A DNA stretch of 64,000 nt from Ginglymostoma cirratum. Its lineage: Eukaryota. The position numbers and the translations under genes were made by a program. Location: positions 7,601,253 through 7,665,252 of the forward strand of contig JAHRHZ010000029.1 in assembly GCA_024137785.1 (NCBI GenBank), in the 5' to 3' direction. A model generated the notes under the pieces. It was not told the DNA's origin and made no database searches. It worked only from the letters and a program-made list of their open reading frames with translations. Of this stretch, positions 36,956 to 49,870 are shown one piece after another; the stretch's first letter is position 1; each line of letters starts with the position of its first letter.

Positions 36956-38734
36956 TTTTAAAAAAACCCTTCCTGATCTGAGTCTATTTTTGAGCTTTGG
37001 AAAGCTGCCAAGCATTTCTAGTCAGGCTTTCTGGCAAAACAAATGTCTGTACATCTATTCAGTCTGCTTCCAAGAATGGAAATGCCTGATTCCATCCTGT
37101 TTCAGCATTCCACCAGAAAATTCCCTCTATAGTTCCTTGGTTCACTCCCTCTTTGGGCCAATGTGAAAAATCCCATTGAAAGAAGAGAAGGGCAAGTTCT
37201 GCTGCTGACCAACTATTCCCTTCGACCAACCTCACTGAGGCTAATAGCTCATCTAGTAATTTATACATTATTGTTTATGGTATCTTGCGGTGCACATCAT
37301 AGCTACCATGTTTTCCCGCATTAGAGCACTTTAAGAATGTTTCATGGTTTTAATTCTTTCTGGAACACATCAAGGTTGTGAAAAGATCTACATGAATGCA
37401 AATCTTTGCTTTCTTCTTCACTTCTTAGCTCATTAATGAATCTCTAAAGTAGAAAAGAAAATGCACAATGGAGAACATTTTAATGTGAATTAAATAGATG
37501 CCAGCAGTTCCCCTTGAGTAATTTCATGATTAAGTACAGGATAGATATTTGAAAGTTTAGAATATAACAAACTTTTAACAACCAATGCTTGTACTTATGT
37601 CATATAACCCTCTAATATTACATTGCCTATGTAGAAAAAGGTATAAAGAGCGGAGAATTTTTTCAGATAATTAAGAACTGTGTTTTCGATAGCAATTTGT
37701 CAAAGGATGCCCCATTATTACAGTCAATCAGTGACACAAGGATATAGTTTCTCTTTAATTAGGCCTTAAATTTAGCTTTAAGAACAGACAAATCCTCAAG
37801 CACACATGACATCATTTGCTATTTTATCCAAGCAAAGACAGAAAGATCAAAAGATTGAAGCTATAGTTTGTCAATTAACTTAAGATAAATGTTTTGTAAT
37901 AAACCACTTTTTGCAAGTGCCTATATTATCATTTCATAGCATTTGCTCTGGCTGCTATCTGTCCTTTGAGAGTAAAGTCCACAAACTCTATTGCATGCTC
38001 AAGGAACTGCAAAGTCAATCATTTTGTATTAGTATGTGAGGGAATTGAATGGTTACAAAACTGCAGGTATCTCACTTAAAAAATACATTTTATAGAAAAT
38101 TACCATTTTAAGGAAAACTATTTGGACTCAGAACCAGATTATACATCAAAATAATTAAATATCATTCTCACAAAACTTTTTAAAATTAAGTGGAAAATGA
38201 CTGCAGCCATCTTGAACTTAGAGGTACCAGGTTACTCAAAGGCCAGATTTGGAAACAGTTTAAGATTGAGCTGTGTGTGTGTTTGTGAGTCAGAATTCAC
38301 TCTATCTAATTTCCAAACCTAATATTTCATCGTTTAGGGGATAGCATATTCATAATTTAAAGCGTATACCTTATTCAATGTGAGATTGAACAGAGAAGCT
38401 GTTCAAATTATTGGTTTTTAAAAAGGTTATAGGCACAAGATGGCTACTGAAAAGGGGTGACACTGTTGTGTAGATTCCATTCCCCAGTCAATGAGCTGAT
38501 TTACTGTCTGACAAGGATTAGGAGGAGAATTCCCTGTTATCATGGGGCAGTGGGTCTTAAAGGAGACTGTGTCCTGAGCCGGATCAATAGAGACAGCTGA
38601 GAACTTTGTTTGTTGGTAAGTTTACCTTTAATTTAGCATTCTTCTCATTAATTACAAGGTTAGGCTCTGCATGAGGCTTAACACAGAGCCATTTCTCTCC
38701 AGGTTGTCAAATGATTCCTTACATCATAACTGAT

Positions 38735-40040
38735 AGATGGGTGATCTGTAAAACCAGTCAGATCACTGTTACAGATGTAGATCAATGTAAAACAGTAACA
38801 GCATTGGACAGAATCTGCACGGATTTACAAAAATGAAATCATGCTTGACAAATCTACTGGAATGCTCTGAGAGTGTAACTGTTGGTAATAATGACAGGGA
38901 GCCAGTGGAAGTATTTTACTTGGATTTCCAGGAAGCTTTCAATCAGGTCCCACATCAGAGGTTAGCATGCAAAATTAAAGCACGTGGGATTGTGAAAGTG
39001 TACTGATATAGATAGAGAGACTGGTTGGCAGGCACAAAATGAAAGCACGTATGATTGTGACATTGTACTGATAGAGATTGGGAAACTGGCTGGCAGGCAC
39101 AAAACAAAGAGTCGGAATAAATGAGACTTTTTCTGGGTGGCAAGCAGTGACTGGGGGTCCCATAGGGATGAGTGCTCGGATTTAGATGAGGGAAGAAAAT
39201 GTAACATCTCCAAATTTACAGATGGCACAAAGCTGGGTGGAAAGTTGAGCTGTGAGGAGGATGCTGAGATGCTTTGTTGCGACCTTGACAGGTTAAGTGA
39301 GGGCGTGGCAGGTGAACTGTAATAAGGACAAATATGAGGTTGTCTACTTTGGTAGCAAAAACAGGAAAGCAAATTATTACCTGAATGGTGATAGATTGGG
39401 AAAGGGAGAGGTGCAACAAGATGCAGGTGTGCTTGCAAAACGGTCACTGAAAGTAAACGCACAAGTGCAGCAAGTGATGAGAAGGCAGATGGTATATTTG
39501 CCTTGATAGCGAGAGGATTCGAGTGCGGGAGCAGGGATACCTTTCTGCAAACATACTGAGCCTTGGCAAGACCACACATGGAGTATTGCATTCAGTTTTG
39601 GTCTCCTTATCCGAGAAGGGATTTTCTGACAATGGAGGGATTGCAACAAAGGTTTACCAGACTGATTCCCAGGATATCAGGACTGATGTATGAAGAGAGA
39701 CTGGATCAGTTAGAACTACATTTACTTGGGTTTAGAAGAATGAGGGGAAATCTCATCGAAATGTCCAGAATTCTAATAGGTTACACATGGTAAATGTAAG
39801 AAGAATGCTCCCAATGACCAGGGAGTCTAGGAGATAAAGTCTAAGGATACAACGTCAGACATTTAGGACTGAGATGAGAATATATTTCTTCTCCCAGAAA
39901 TGATCAGCCTGTGTAATTCTCTTCCACAGAAAGTGCTTGAGGCCAAAACATTAAATGTTTCCAAGAAGGAATTAGATATAATTCTTACAGCTGAAAGGAT
40001 TAAAGGTTATGGAGAGAAAGGATGAAGAGCGTACTGAAGC
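38735..40040 (+). mobile_element. CR1 RT remnant with an internal 65-bp tandem duplication
   Basis: KSCLTNLLE, LDFQEAFNQVPH, ISKFTDGTKLGG, ARPHMEYCIQFWSPY; duplicated units 38971-39035 and 39036-39100. Confidence 0.9.
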
Positions 40041-40180
40041 AAAATCAGAAATCGCTCAAGAAATTCAGCAGGTCTGGCAGGAACTATAGAGAGAAAGCAA
40101 AGTTAACACTTCAAGTCCAGTGATGCTTTTTCACAGTAACTCACAAATGCTTGCGAGGCATGCCAAATGTAACAACCCAC

Positions 40181-40212
40181 AGAGAGGGAGAGAGAGAGAG
40201 AGAGAGAGAGAG
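40181..40212. repeat. (GA)n microsatellite
   Basis: AGAGAGGGAGAGAGAGAGAGAGAGAGAGAGAG. Confidence 0.9.
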
Positions 40213-40294
40213 CAGAGGAAGCCTTTACATCCACATGATGTTCCATCCATTTCTTTGAACAAAAGTAAAAACAGACATATTCGTAGTGCACAAG

Positions 40295-40820
40295 GATGAT
40301 TACACCCTTGTGATGGATTACTTCTCTAAGTCATCCATTATTTGACAATTTAGCAAGATAATGAGCATGACAGTTGCTGACATGATGAGTGTTATTTTCA
40401 GTTTATTCAATGTACCACATCAGATAGCGTCTGACAATGAAACACAGTTCACTGGCAAACCATTTCGAGGCATCCGTTCCAAGAGGGGAATGACACATAT
40501 CACATTGTTACCACATTATTCATGCTCAAATGTCTAACTAAATGTGAAATTATATACCATCAAATCAATGATCAATAAATGTTCAGTAACAAGTCAAGAT
40601 ATTTGTATTCCATTTCTACATTTTTTGCAACACCAATGGAGAATCTGATGCTTTTGGGCGGCAAGTGCAAATGATGTAGCCCAGCAACCCATTGTCCCTA
40701 ACCATTCCAGGACACAGGACATTGTTCTTCAAAGGCAGAGCAGAATCAAAGATATATATGATGCGTGAACAGTTAGGGATCTACAAAACTGCACGCCAGG
40801 CAGCGACTGAAAATGCAAAT
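40295..40820 (+). mobile_element. Gypsy integrase core remnant
   Basis: VMDYFSK, FNVPHQIASDNETQFTGKPF, THITLLPHYSCSN. Confidence 0.65.
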
Positions 40821-40854
40821 ACTTGAATATTTCTAAATAAGCAACCACCCCAGC

Positions 40855-41070
40855 ATCTGAAGTCATTACTAATCATGGTGCTATGATTCCTTCACTGTTG
40901 CTGGATCAAAATCCTGGAAAACCCTTCTTGATAGCATTGTGGGACTATCTGCAGTGCATGGATTGCAATGGTTCAAGAAGGCAACTCACCACCACCATCT
41001 CAAGGACAATTAGAGATGGCCAATAAATGGTGGCCCAGCCAACAAGCCCACAACTCATGAATCAATAAAA
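40855..41070 (+). mobile_element. 3' end of the second CR1/L2-group LINE
   Basis: TTCCTTCACTGTTGCTGGATCAAAATCCTGGAA...GGTTCAAGAAGGCAACTCACCACCACC...ATAAATG matches 36780-36940. Confidence 0.75.
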
Positions 41071-41117
41071 GTTATGAATTATATTAAAAAAAGTAAGGGA
41101 ATTGAAGTTTTATTCTT

Positions 41118-41539
41118 GTCAGTACAGTGTGGAGCTGGAAGAACACAGCAGGTCAGGCAGCATTAGAGGAACAGGAAAGTTGACATTTTGGGTGTACGGG
41201 ACCTTTCATCAGGACTGGGGAGGAGGAAGGGAGCTCATAAATAAATAGTGGGGTGGGACTGGACAAAGGCAGGTTGGGTGGTGATAGATGGATGCAGGTA
41301 GGGGGCAAAGGCAGGTTGGGTGGTGATTGATGGATGTAGGTAGGGGATTGTGGAAATTGGTCCCAGTGCCCCTCCCTTTTTATTTCTTAGCTCCCTTCCC
41401 CCTCCCCAGTCTTGATGAAGGGTCCTGACCCAAAAAATTGACTTTCTTATTCCTCTGATGCTGCCTGACCTGTTATGTTCCTCCAGCTCCACACTGTATT
41501 GACTCTGACTTCCATCATCTGCAGTTCTTGCTATCTCTT
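41118..41539. mobile_element. PLE-terminus fold-back element E (MITE-like) with TSD
   Basis: Arms ~41118-41260 and ~41361-41505 are inverted PLE termini with degenerate hammerheads; internal 42-bp tandem duplication ~41264-41346; TSD AAGTTTTAT(T/C)CT at 41105-41116 and 41540-41551. Confidence 0.85.
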
Positions 41540-41682
41540 AAGTTTTATCCTCAATTTGTTGTGGAAAATAAATGAATAATTAATGTAGAAATGCAACAAT
41601 TTTATAACATTCACAGAGATGTTGAAACTTAACACCACCTGTATAGTGACAGATCATTAATCATCATGTAGCAATTTTCAAT

Positions 41683-41990
41683 TCATAGAATCATAGAATC
41701 CCTGCAGTGTGGAAACAGGCCCTTCAGCCCAATGAGTCTACACCAACCCTCAGAGAAACCCACCCAGACCCATTCCCCTATTACCCATCTGATCTACACA
41801 TCCCTGAACACAATGGGCAATTTAGCACGGCCAATCCACCTAGCCTGCACATCTTTGGACTGTGGGAGGAAACCCACGCAGACATGGGGAGAATGTGCAA
41901 GCTCCACACAGATAATCACCCAAGAGTAGAATCGAACCCTGGGTTCCTGGCGCTGTGAGGTAGCAGTGCTAAACACTGAGCCACTGTGCC
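41683..41990 (-). mobile_element. HE1-type V-SINE with TSD CAATTCAT
   Basis: (TCATAGAA)2 tail, V-domain and tRNA head; CAATTCAT at 41679-41686 and 41990-41997. Confidence 0.92.
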
Positions 41991-44389
41991 AATTCATGGG
42001 TATTCCTTTTGTGCCACATTCTACTAATGACAAGGACATTAAACATCCTATTCGTTTGGAAGCTCATCCTGCCCATTGGTGGAGCTCATCTGGACAATCA
42101 GAGTGTATTCATTCTTGAGGCTGGATCTTGCCAGGGCATGGCAGCCCAGTGACAGACTGGGGACAACCCAACCCAGCCATTTAGGAGAGCAACAGCCAAA
42201 TTTTAAGCCCATATTTCAATTAATGAGCCACTATGTGTGTCCCAGCCCCCTCGAGGGGTGGAATTCCACCTCCAAAACAGGTAATCAAGGAGCTAGCAGC
42301 TTTCTGGTGCCCACAACCAGTGGTCACTTGTGGGCTGTGAACCAGCCAAGAGACACATTGATGCATGTTGCTCTTGCAACATGGTGAGTGGGGTTGAAGA
42401 TCACCGTTGACCTCATGGAAATCTCTCCTGTTCTCTTCATCCACCAAGAGGCGAATGAAACTATAACTGCAATCCCTTCTGAAAGTCAGCACTTCCAACA
42501 ATGTAGCACTCTTCCAGTAGGATTCTGGAATGTCAGCTTAAATTGCATGCTCAAGCCTGTGGAGTGAAACTTAGAATCTTAAAAAATAACTCTCCAAATA
42601 GTTTCATTCTCCTCTATTTCCCATAGCAAACCTATCCTTTCAAGTACTTGTCTAATACCCTTTCCAGAGTTATTAGTGGATCCGATTTCATCGCCCTTCT
42701 AATTAGTTCATTCCAAATCAGCACAACTAGCTGTGAAAAAAGGATTAGCTTAATCTCGCCTTGGTCTATTGTCCATTACCTGAAGTTTTTCTCTAGTTAC
42801 TGATAATTCAAGTTTCCTGATTATTCATAGCTATGGTATTAAACCTCTTTATTATTTTGAGCATCTTCAGTAAATCTCCTCTTGCCTTTCCTTGTTCTAC
42901 GAAGGGCAACATGCTTGAAACCATATCCATCCGACCTAGAGCACATCCGACCTACTCAGCCCAAGTCGCAATTAATGAAACCATATACTTTAAATTTAGT
43001 CCAATCTTATTGATATTTTCAAAATAACAGAGGATTTTAAAAATTGAACTCATGAGAATTGATCATTTGTTCCTCTGAGTTTTAAATCAAACTAAAATAA
43101 AAGACAGTACCCTCATTGTCAGTGTTTCATGGTCATGTACAGATCATAGGCTAATTAAACTCCCAGTCACATCACATGAACCTATTTTAACAGCAGTTTT
43201 CAATAAGGGCAAGAAATATGTTGTTTTTGATTTCAGTTCATTGTGGTCAAATTTACAAGAAAGCAAATTTAATCAGACCAAAGTATGTTTCACTTTTAAT
43301 CGACAGATAATAAAATGATTGTAGCCCATATTGTAAAAAGATATTTTGCCATGGTTTTAAAAAATTCATGAAATGGAGCCACATTGGTCAAGGAAGCTTT
43401 GTGGGAACATTTATTGCCCCCAGCTGTCATTTTTTTTCATCCTGACTCTATTACTATCGACATTGATCTATCCTTGAGACCATTGCCATAGGCCTCAATC
43501 TTCAATTTGGGGTTGAGAGCCAGATTAGAAGTCATTGCAGGTTTCAAATCCCAAATTGATGAGCTGAATCTGCCCCTCTGACATAGATGACCTGCTGGGA
43601 CATTGTTCGTTATATGAGCGTTGAAGTCTGGAAGTCTAGTCAGATGCAGCTGCCCTTGTGATGTCAGGCTGAGAGTCAGACTGACTAATGGCAATGCATC
43701 GAAGAACTTTACTAAAAAAAAAATTGCTGTGAGCACTTCATGGCATTTGGTATTGCCTGCTTCAATATATTCAACGCAAGATGACAAAAACCATTGCTGT
43801 TTCCCTTCAGGGACTAAACAGGCTTCCAATTGTGAGCCATTCTCATTGCTGTTTCCAGCCTATTTACTTTGCTATCGGAAAATGTCTTCTGTTTTGTTTC
43901 TTGTATAGCCAGGTTAATTTTTCTTCCTATTTGGGCTGAGCATCCATTTAAAGTGATTATCAAGCTGCAATAGAAATTGCCATCTCTTTTCTCCATGCTT
44001 CACCCAGCACCGTCTTCCAATTATTCAAAATGAATAGACAACTGCATAATTAAGGACTGCATCGACAAAGAGGAAATTATAATCGAATGTTCCAGCAATT
44101 GGAAAAGGTTGATAATTATGGAGATATTTTCTCTTCAAAAAATGTCTTTTTTTTTAACCTTGAACAAAAGATGCAGGAAAAGGGCTGAGAGATTTTACAC
44201 TTTATTCCTTACACAAATTCAGCCTCTTTGCTTTAACAAAAGGAGTCTCATTTGCAACATAAATGCAGAATCCTAACACTGAAAGCATTGGTTTCTGAAT
44301 TTCTATGCGTGGTTTCTTCCCTAGCAAAGAAAGCATCATACCTTAGGTACCAGTTTTAAACTTAAGTAGCCAGATCCCTAATTCAGTGC

Positions 44390-44745
44390 TAGCTCTCCCA
44401 TCTTTGTGAATTCAAGACCCACTAATCCAGGGTGACATTCCAGTGTAATAATTAGGGAGTGCTTCACAGTTGGAGGTCTCATGTTCAGATGTTACGCAAC
44501 ACCAAAGGGTCCTTTTGCTCTCCCACATGGATGTAAAAGATCCCTTGGCAGAATTCAAACAGAAGTTGGAAATGCTCCCTGATGTCCCATCAAACTTTAT
44601 CTCTCTCAGCCAACACATGTAAAATAGATCAGTTGATCTCATTACTTGTTTGTGGGACCTCGCTGAGTGTAAATTGTTCTTGCATTTCTTATGTAAGAAT
44701 AGTGACTATACTTCAAAAGTACTTCACTGGCTATAAAGTATTGCA
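44390..44745 (+). mobile_element. DeuSINE (SacSINE1-like)
   Basis: GGGAGTGCT..GGAGGT..GGATGTAAAAGATCCCTTGGCA...GTTTGTGGGA...AGTGACTATACTTCAAAAGTACTTCACTGGCT. Confidence 0.8.
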
Positions 44746-45237
44746 CTACACATGCTGGTGCTATAATTACTGTGTCTACTGGTCTAATTCTGCCTTATTC
44801 CCATTTCATCTCCAGTTTACACTGCACTTGCGAGGTACATAATACAGTGAGTTTATACGCTCCTTGTCTTATAGACTTAGAAAGAGTTGAGTAAGCTTTA
44901 ACACGTATACTTGAGGTTTTTTTCCTTTATATTAATTCACAGGCTATGAACGTCACCGGCTGGACCAGCATTCATTGCCCATCCCAAGTTGCCCACACAC
45001 ACAGTCACCCAAGGCTGTAATCAAGCCTGGTTCACTGGTGCCTTGAGGCAGCAGTGCTAACAACTGAACATAAGAACTTTTTCTTCAAAATGGAGCCAAT
45101 GGCAATGCTAGTGCTAAAAAGCTGGTAAGACCTATCATTGAGGTGTGTACTTCCCATTAATGCCAGACAAAGGAGTGAAAATCAACCCCAGCTAATGACA
45201 GGAGATTAGCCTGTGATGTGCCCAGCAGGTTGACAAA

Positions 45238-45334
45238 TTTTCTGAAGAAGTGTCTAGGCCCGAAACGTCAGCTTTCCTGCTCCTCTGGTGCTGCTTGGCC
45301 TGCTGTGTTCATCCAGCTATACACCTTGTTATCT
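45238..45334 (+). mobile_element. Hammerhead-bearing PLE mini-element with a 12-bp TSD
   Basis: TSD CAGGTTGACAAA at 45226-45237 and 45335-45346; core CTGAAGAAGTGTCTAGGCCCGAAACGTC at 45242-45269. Confidence 0.9.
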
Positions 45335-45431
45335 CAGGTTGACAAACAGAAGTTTTCTCAATTCATACATGGAAAATGGCTTACTGGATAAAATACTCTC
45401 TCTAGTTTCCCATTGTCTAAAGAGGGCAGGA

Positions 45432-45792
45432 GGCAGTATGGGTGGTTTAGTGGCTAGCACTGCTGTCTCACAGTGCCAGGAACCTGGGTTTAATTCCACC
45501 CTTGGACAATTGTCTGTGTCGAGTTTGCATGTTTTCCCTGGATCTGAGTGGGTTTCTTCCGGGTGCTTCAGTTTCCTCCACAGTCCAAAGATGTGCACAT
45601 TAGGTGGATTGTACATGCTGAATTCCCCAGAGTGCACAGGGAGGTGCCGGTCTGGTGAATTAGCCATGGGAAATTCAGGGTTACAGGAATAGAGGAGGGA
45701 CCTGGGTCTGGGTGGGATGCTCTTCAGAGGGTCAGCATGGATTTGATGGGCCGAATGGCCTGCTTCCACATTGTAGGGATTCTATGATTCTA
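45432..45792 (+). mobile_element. HE1-type V-SINE
   Basis: Head, V-domain and GGGCCGAATGGCCTGCTTCCACATTGTAGGGATTCTATGATTCTA tail. Confidence 0.9.
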
Positions 45793-47817
45793 ACTAGAGA
45801 AAAAGAAACAGAGAAGAGCCCTTCCCTAACTGTCACAATAGTGATTATAGTGATTATAAAAAGTGATTATAAAAAGATTTAAAATATCCACACTCTAAAT
45901 TTGGTTCTTTTTTCCCATGACTCTCCTTTCCCACTTCTTGTTGGCGTATGGACATGGCCCCAGCTGAACTAATAACCTGTCTCATTCAGACTACTGCATG
46001 TTATCTACACCACTTTCTTGCCTTTGTGCTTTCTCTAATTTCAGATGATGTTAAACATGCTCAGAGATCAAAAAATAACTGTTCAGAGAGAGAAGTCACT
46101 TTTTACCCCCCAAGACAAACGGATTGAAAATTTTCCTGCACAACAGCCTTATTCTTCATGCTGTCCGTGACCTCATTTCTCCTCTTCTCACGTATGTTCA
46201 TGTTTAAGTTTTCTCCCATCCCATCTATGATTCCTCTTTTCCCATCATGTGACTTGAGTCCTTAACTGTTCCCAGCCTTGCCCTGGGTGAAATTCTAAGT
46301 GCCTGTGTTATACATACATTAATTCTCTAATGTCTGTATGGTGCTGTAGCAGTGGCATAAATGCAGAACACAATATACGCATTTTGTGCAATTTAGTCTC
46401 AGAGTAATAGTAGAGACTCAAAATTTCCAGCAAAGGTAGGTATAATAGGCTCAACAATTTTAATAAATAGATCTCGAGCAATTCTTAAATTGTCCTCGAC
46501 TTTTCACCTCTCCAACTTGACTCACTACCATTACGAATAAGAGATCTTTGTGTTGTCTCTTGCACGCTGAGAAATATCAGCCAATAAATCGAATCTTACT
46601 TCTCTGCACGGATCAGGACCACATGCTTTGTTTTATATTTGTGCAGTTTTGGGTCATTTTCAGGATATTTATAAACAACAAATGCAGACATTAAATTCCT
46701 CTCATGATCCTCATATATTTCTCCAGTTTGATTACACAAATTTGTTTTACTCCCATGTCTGCAGGTAAATTTTTTGAGGGGAGATTTCTCCTGTGCCTTG
46801 ATTGTTGCTGAGTAAAAACCCAGTTATGAAGAATAAGTCCATGAACTTTCCCCAAGTAGTCCATGGGGGATGGCTTGGCTCCTTCATTTGATTTGTAAAA
46901 TATGAGAAATGACATGTGTTAAGTGTACTACGCTTGTGTGAAATAGGAGACTTTAGAACTGTGGTTCTTAAAGCTCTTCATTGCCCAGATTTCCTTCATG
47001 TCTGAGTCTGTTGTAGGTTAATTGACAGAGACTGATTGTGATGACTGGACAACAGCTCCAGTACCACTGTACTCTTCAACTATCATCAATTAACTTTGGC
47101 TTTTTCTTCATCAAACAATTCTTATGTTAAGGAATTTATTCCACTTCCAGGCAGTGACTGGATTACAGTAAATGTTTTATTCCTTAATACTGCTAAAGAG
47201 CCAGAATAGGTTAAGCGCACTCATTTTAATCCACAGGGGGATCTATCGTACATTTTTATATTTAAATAGATAGTGATGTATCTCACTTATACTGCAGTCA
47301 AAGTTAATTATATTAAGTAGGACTCCGTTTTAAATGGTCAACCTGTCCTCTGCTTCTACCCAGTATTTGGACAATATAAATATAACCATTATTGGTTTTT
47401 CCAGTCTTCAACACATCACAGAATAATAATGAATGAAGTAAACCAGTTAATTCATTCATTCACAGTAACCCTCACATTGATACATCATGTGACTTGAGTA
47501 TGTATTGTATGTATTGTGTCTATTGTATCTATTGTAACACTCAGTTGTTTCCTAAATAACCTAGCTCGAGGCTCAAGGGGCCGAATGGGCTAGTCTTGTT
47601 CCTATTCCTTATAGTCTTATATGTGCTCCTTGAGAGGGAGCATACAATATCCATTGGTAGATACTCTTCAGGCCTGCTGTAACCAATGAACACTGCAGGG
47701 TCGACAGTGCATCAGCTCCTCCCAAAACTAAACTTTAATTTAATTTGATAAGTTTCCACTGAAATTCACTTCTTCGTTACAATGTCCCTTTAAGAGTTTG
47801 TACTTTAGTTAATCAGT

Positions 47818-48149
47818 TCATAGAACCCCAACAATGTAGAAAAAGGTCTTTCAGCCCAACAGTCCACACTGACCCTCAGAGCATCCCACCCAGACTCATC
47901 CCCCATAACCCACCTAATCTGCACATCCCTGAACACTATGTGCAATTTAGCACGGCCAATCCACCTAGCTTGCACATCTTTGAACTGTGGGAGTGAAACA
48001 GAGCACCTGGAGGAAACCCACTTAGACAAGGGGAGAATGTACAAACTCCACACAGACAGTCACCTGAGGGTGGAATTGAACCCAGGTCCCTGGCGCTGTG
48101 AGGCAGCAGTGCTGACCGCTGAGCCACCGTGCTGAGCCACCATGCTGCC
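47818..48149 (-). mobile_element. HE1-type V-SINE
   Basis: Similar to 41683-41990; short head duplication CTGAGCCACC(G/A)TG x2. Confidence 0.9.
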
Positions 48150-48819
48150 GAGTTGTGAAAGAAAAATAATAAAAGGCGGGTTCTATCACAGAAGAGGACT
48201 TTGTACCACCAGTTAACAAACGAAGAAGTTGTCCTTTCTGTGTGAAGAAAAATGTAGAAGGTTATGAGAAGAAATAACATTGGTGTTCAAAATTGTGAAG
48301 TGTTTGGACAGAGGGGGAAAAAAAGAAACTGTTTCCACTAAAAAGATTTAAAATAATCAGTAAAGGAACAAAAAGAAAGAAGAGGAGAAGAAAACCATTT
48401 TACAATGAACTATATGCTGTGAGCTGAAATTCATTGCTTAAAATGGTGATGGAAGCAGGTTCGGCCACAACTTACAAAAGCAAACTAGGTTCAGAAGGAA
48501 AACATTTGCACGGCTGTACAGAAAGAGCAGGTGAATGGGACTAATTAGATAATTCTTACATGAAGCCAGCACTGGCACATTTGAATGGTCCTTTTCTGTC
48601 TGCATGATTTTTTGAATAATTTGTCCGAACAGTACCCTTTTCTTGTTTGAACCTACGCCCCCAATTCTACTCACGCAGTTTAATTTAAAGATTTCTTCCA
48701 GAGGGCAGAGCTATTAACTAAGGTTTATTTGAGCTAAGCGGCAAGGGTCGACTAATGTTGGGAATTTATTTTTGTATTATAATATGTTTTCACAGTCTAC
48801 CAGCATTTATTTGTTCAAG

Positions 48820-49135
48820 GGTACAGTAGCATAATGGTTATGTCACCAGGCTTGTCGTCAGAGATGTGAATTCAAATCCCACGAGTGCGGTTTCTGATTT
48901 TGAACCAAGTTTATTCACTTAAAAATTCCACAAAAAAGAACCCCTTGGAATAAAATGTTAACCATGAAGTGAACACGAAGCTGTTGGAACGCTGGAAACA
49001 TCCAACTGGTTCATTACTATCTTTTGGGTAAAGACACCTGGTCTCCTTATCTAGAGTGCTCTCTACATGATTTCAGCAACACATCACGCGGTTGGCTTTT
49101 AATTATCCCTTCAAATTGCCTGTAAATCCACTCAT
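48820..49135 (+). mobile_element. tRNA-derived SINE related to 32451-32800
   Basis: TAGCATAATGGTTATGTCAC...GAATTCAAATCCCAC head; CAACTGGTTCATTA body. Confidence 0.55.
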
Positions 49136-49269
49136 TTTCTCCTGGTTGAGTAACCTTTAACTATCAATTCCTGTCCATCCAACTGGAGTTATGCTGAGGC
49201 AGTAGTACTCTTCCCATAAGGGCTGCATTATTTTCTAGATCTCATTCAGGAACCATCATCAACCTAAAT

Positions 49270-49870
49270 TAGATCATGGGCCTGGCAACAATTTCAAATT
49301 CTCATCTTCATGTTCAAATTCCTCGATGGCCTCCTTCCCATATTCACTTTAACACGTTCCAATCTTATAAAAGGTAAAGTCACCGCAGATCATAGGGCTG
49401 CTCTCTTAATAGAGAGAGATGACGCGTGGTGATTTAATTTGAGGTGCACCATGCCTCAGATAAGGGGAAAGGTTGAGAAGGAGCGTCCTTCACGGTAACA
49501 TCAGCTGCTGGAATGATTGAACCCGCACTGTTGGCATCACTCTGCATTGCAAATCAGCCATACAGCCAACTGAATTTGAAGAACTCCATGTTCCTCCAAT
49601 TCTGGCCTACTGCTACACTGTCTGTTCCTTTTGCTCCTCCCTTGGCAGGTAAACCTACAGTTAGGCCCTAAGCTCTCAAATGCCCCCCCTCAAGTTCTCT
49701 GCCTTTCCCCACTTCTCTCCTTTCCCTTAAGATATTCCTTAAATCCCATGCTTTAACTGTTCTTTTGATGACATTCCCTAGTTTATCCATCCTTTATTTG
49801 ATGGAGGCTTCATCTGAGTAAAGTCCTGTGATGTGTTTTCTGACATTAAAGATGTTATATAAAGTTATTG
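49270..49870 (+). mobile_element. L2 3' remnant with a nested minus-strand tRNA SINE (49370-49575)
   Basis: TTCAAATTCTCATCTTCATGTTCAAATTCCTCGATGGCCTC (FKILIFMFKFLDGL), GGCCCTAAGCTCT; the SINE matches 3645-3856. Confidence 0.55.

Noticed and set aside
47428-47460. Short AT-rich hairpin AATGAATGAAGTAA/TTAATTCATTCATT
   Set aside because: Built from (ATGA)n simple repeat; expected by chance
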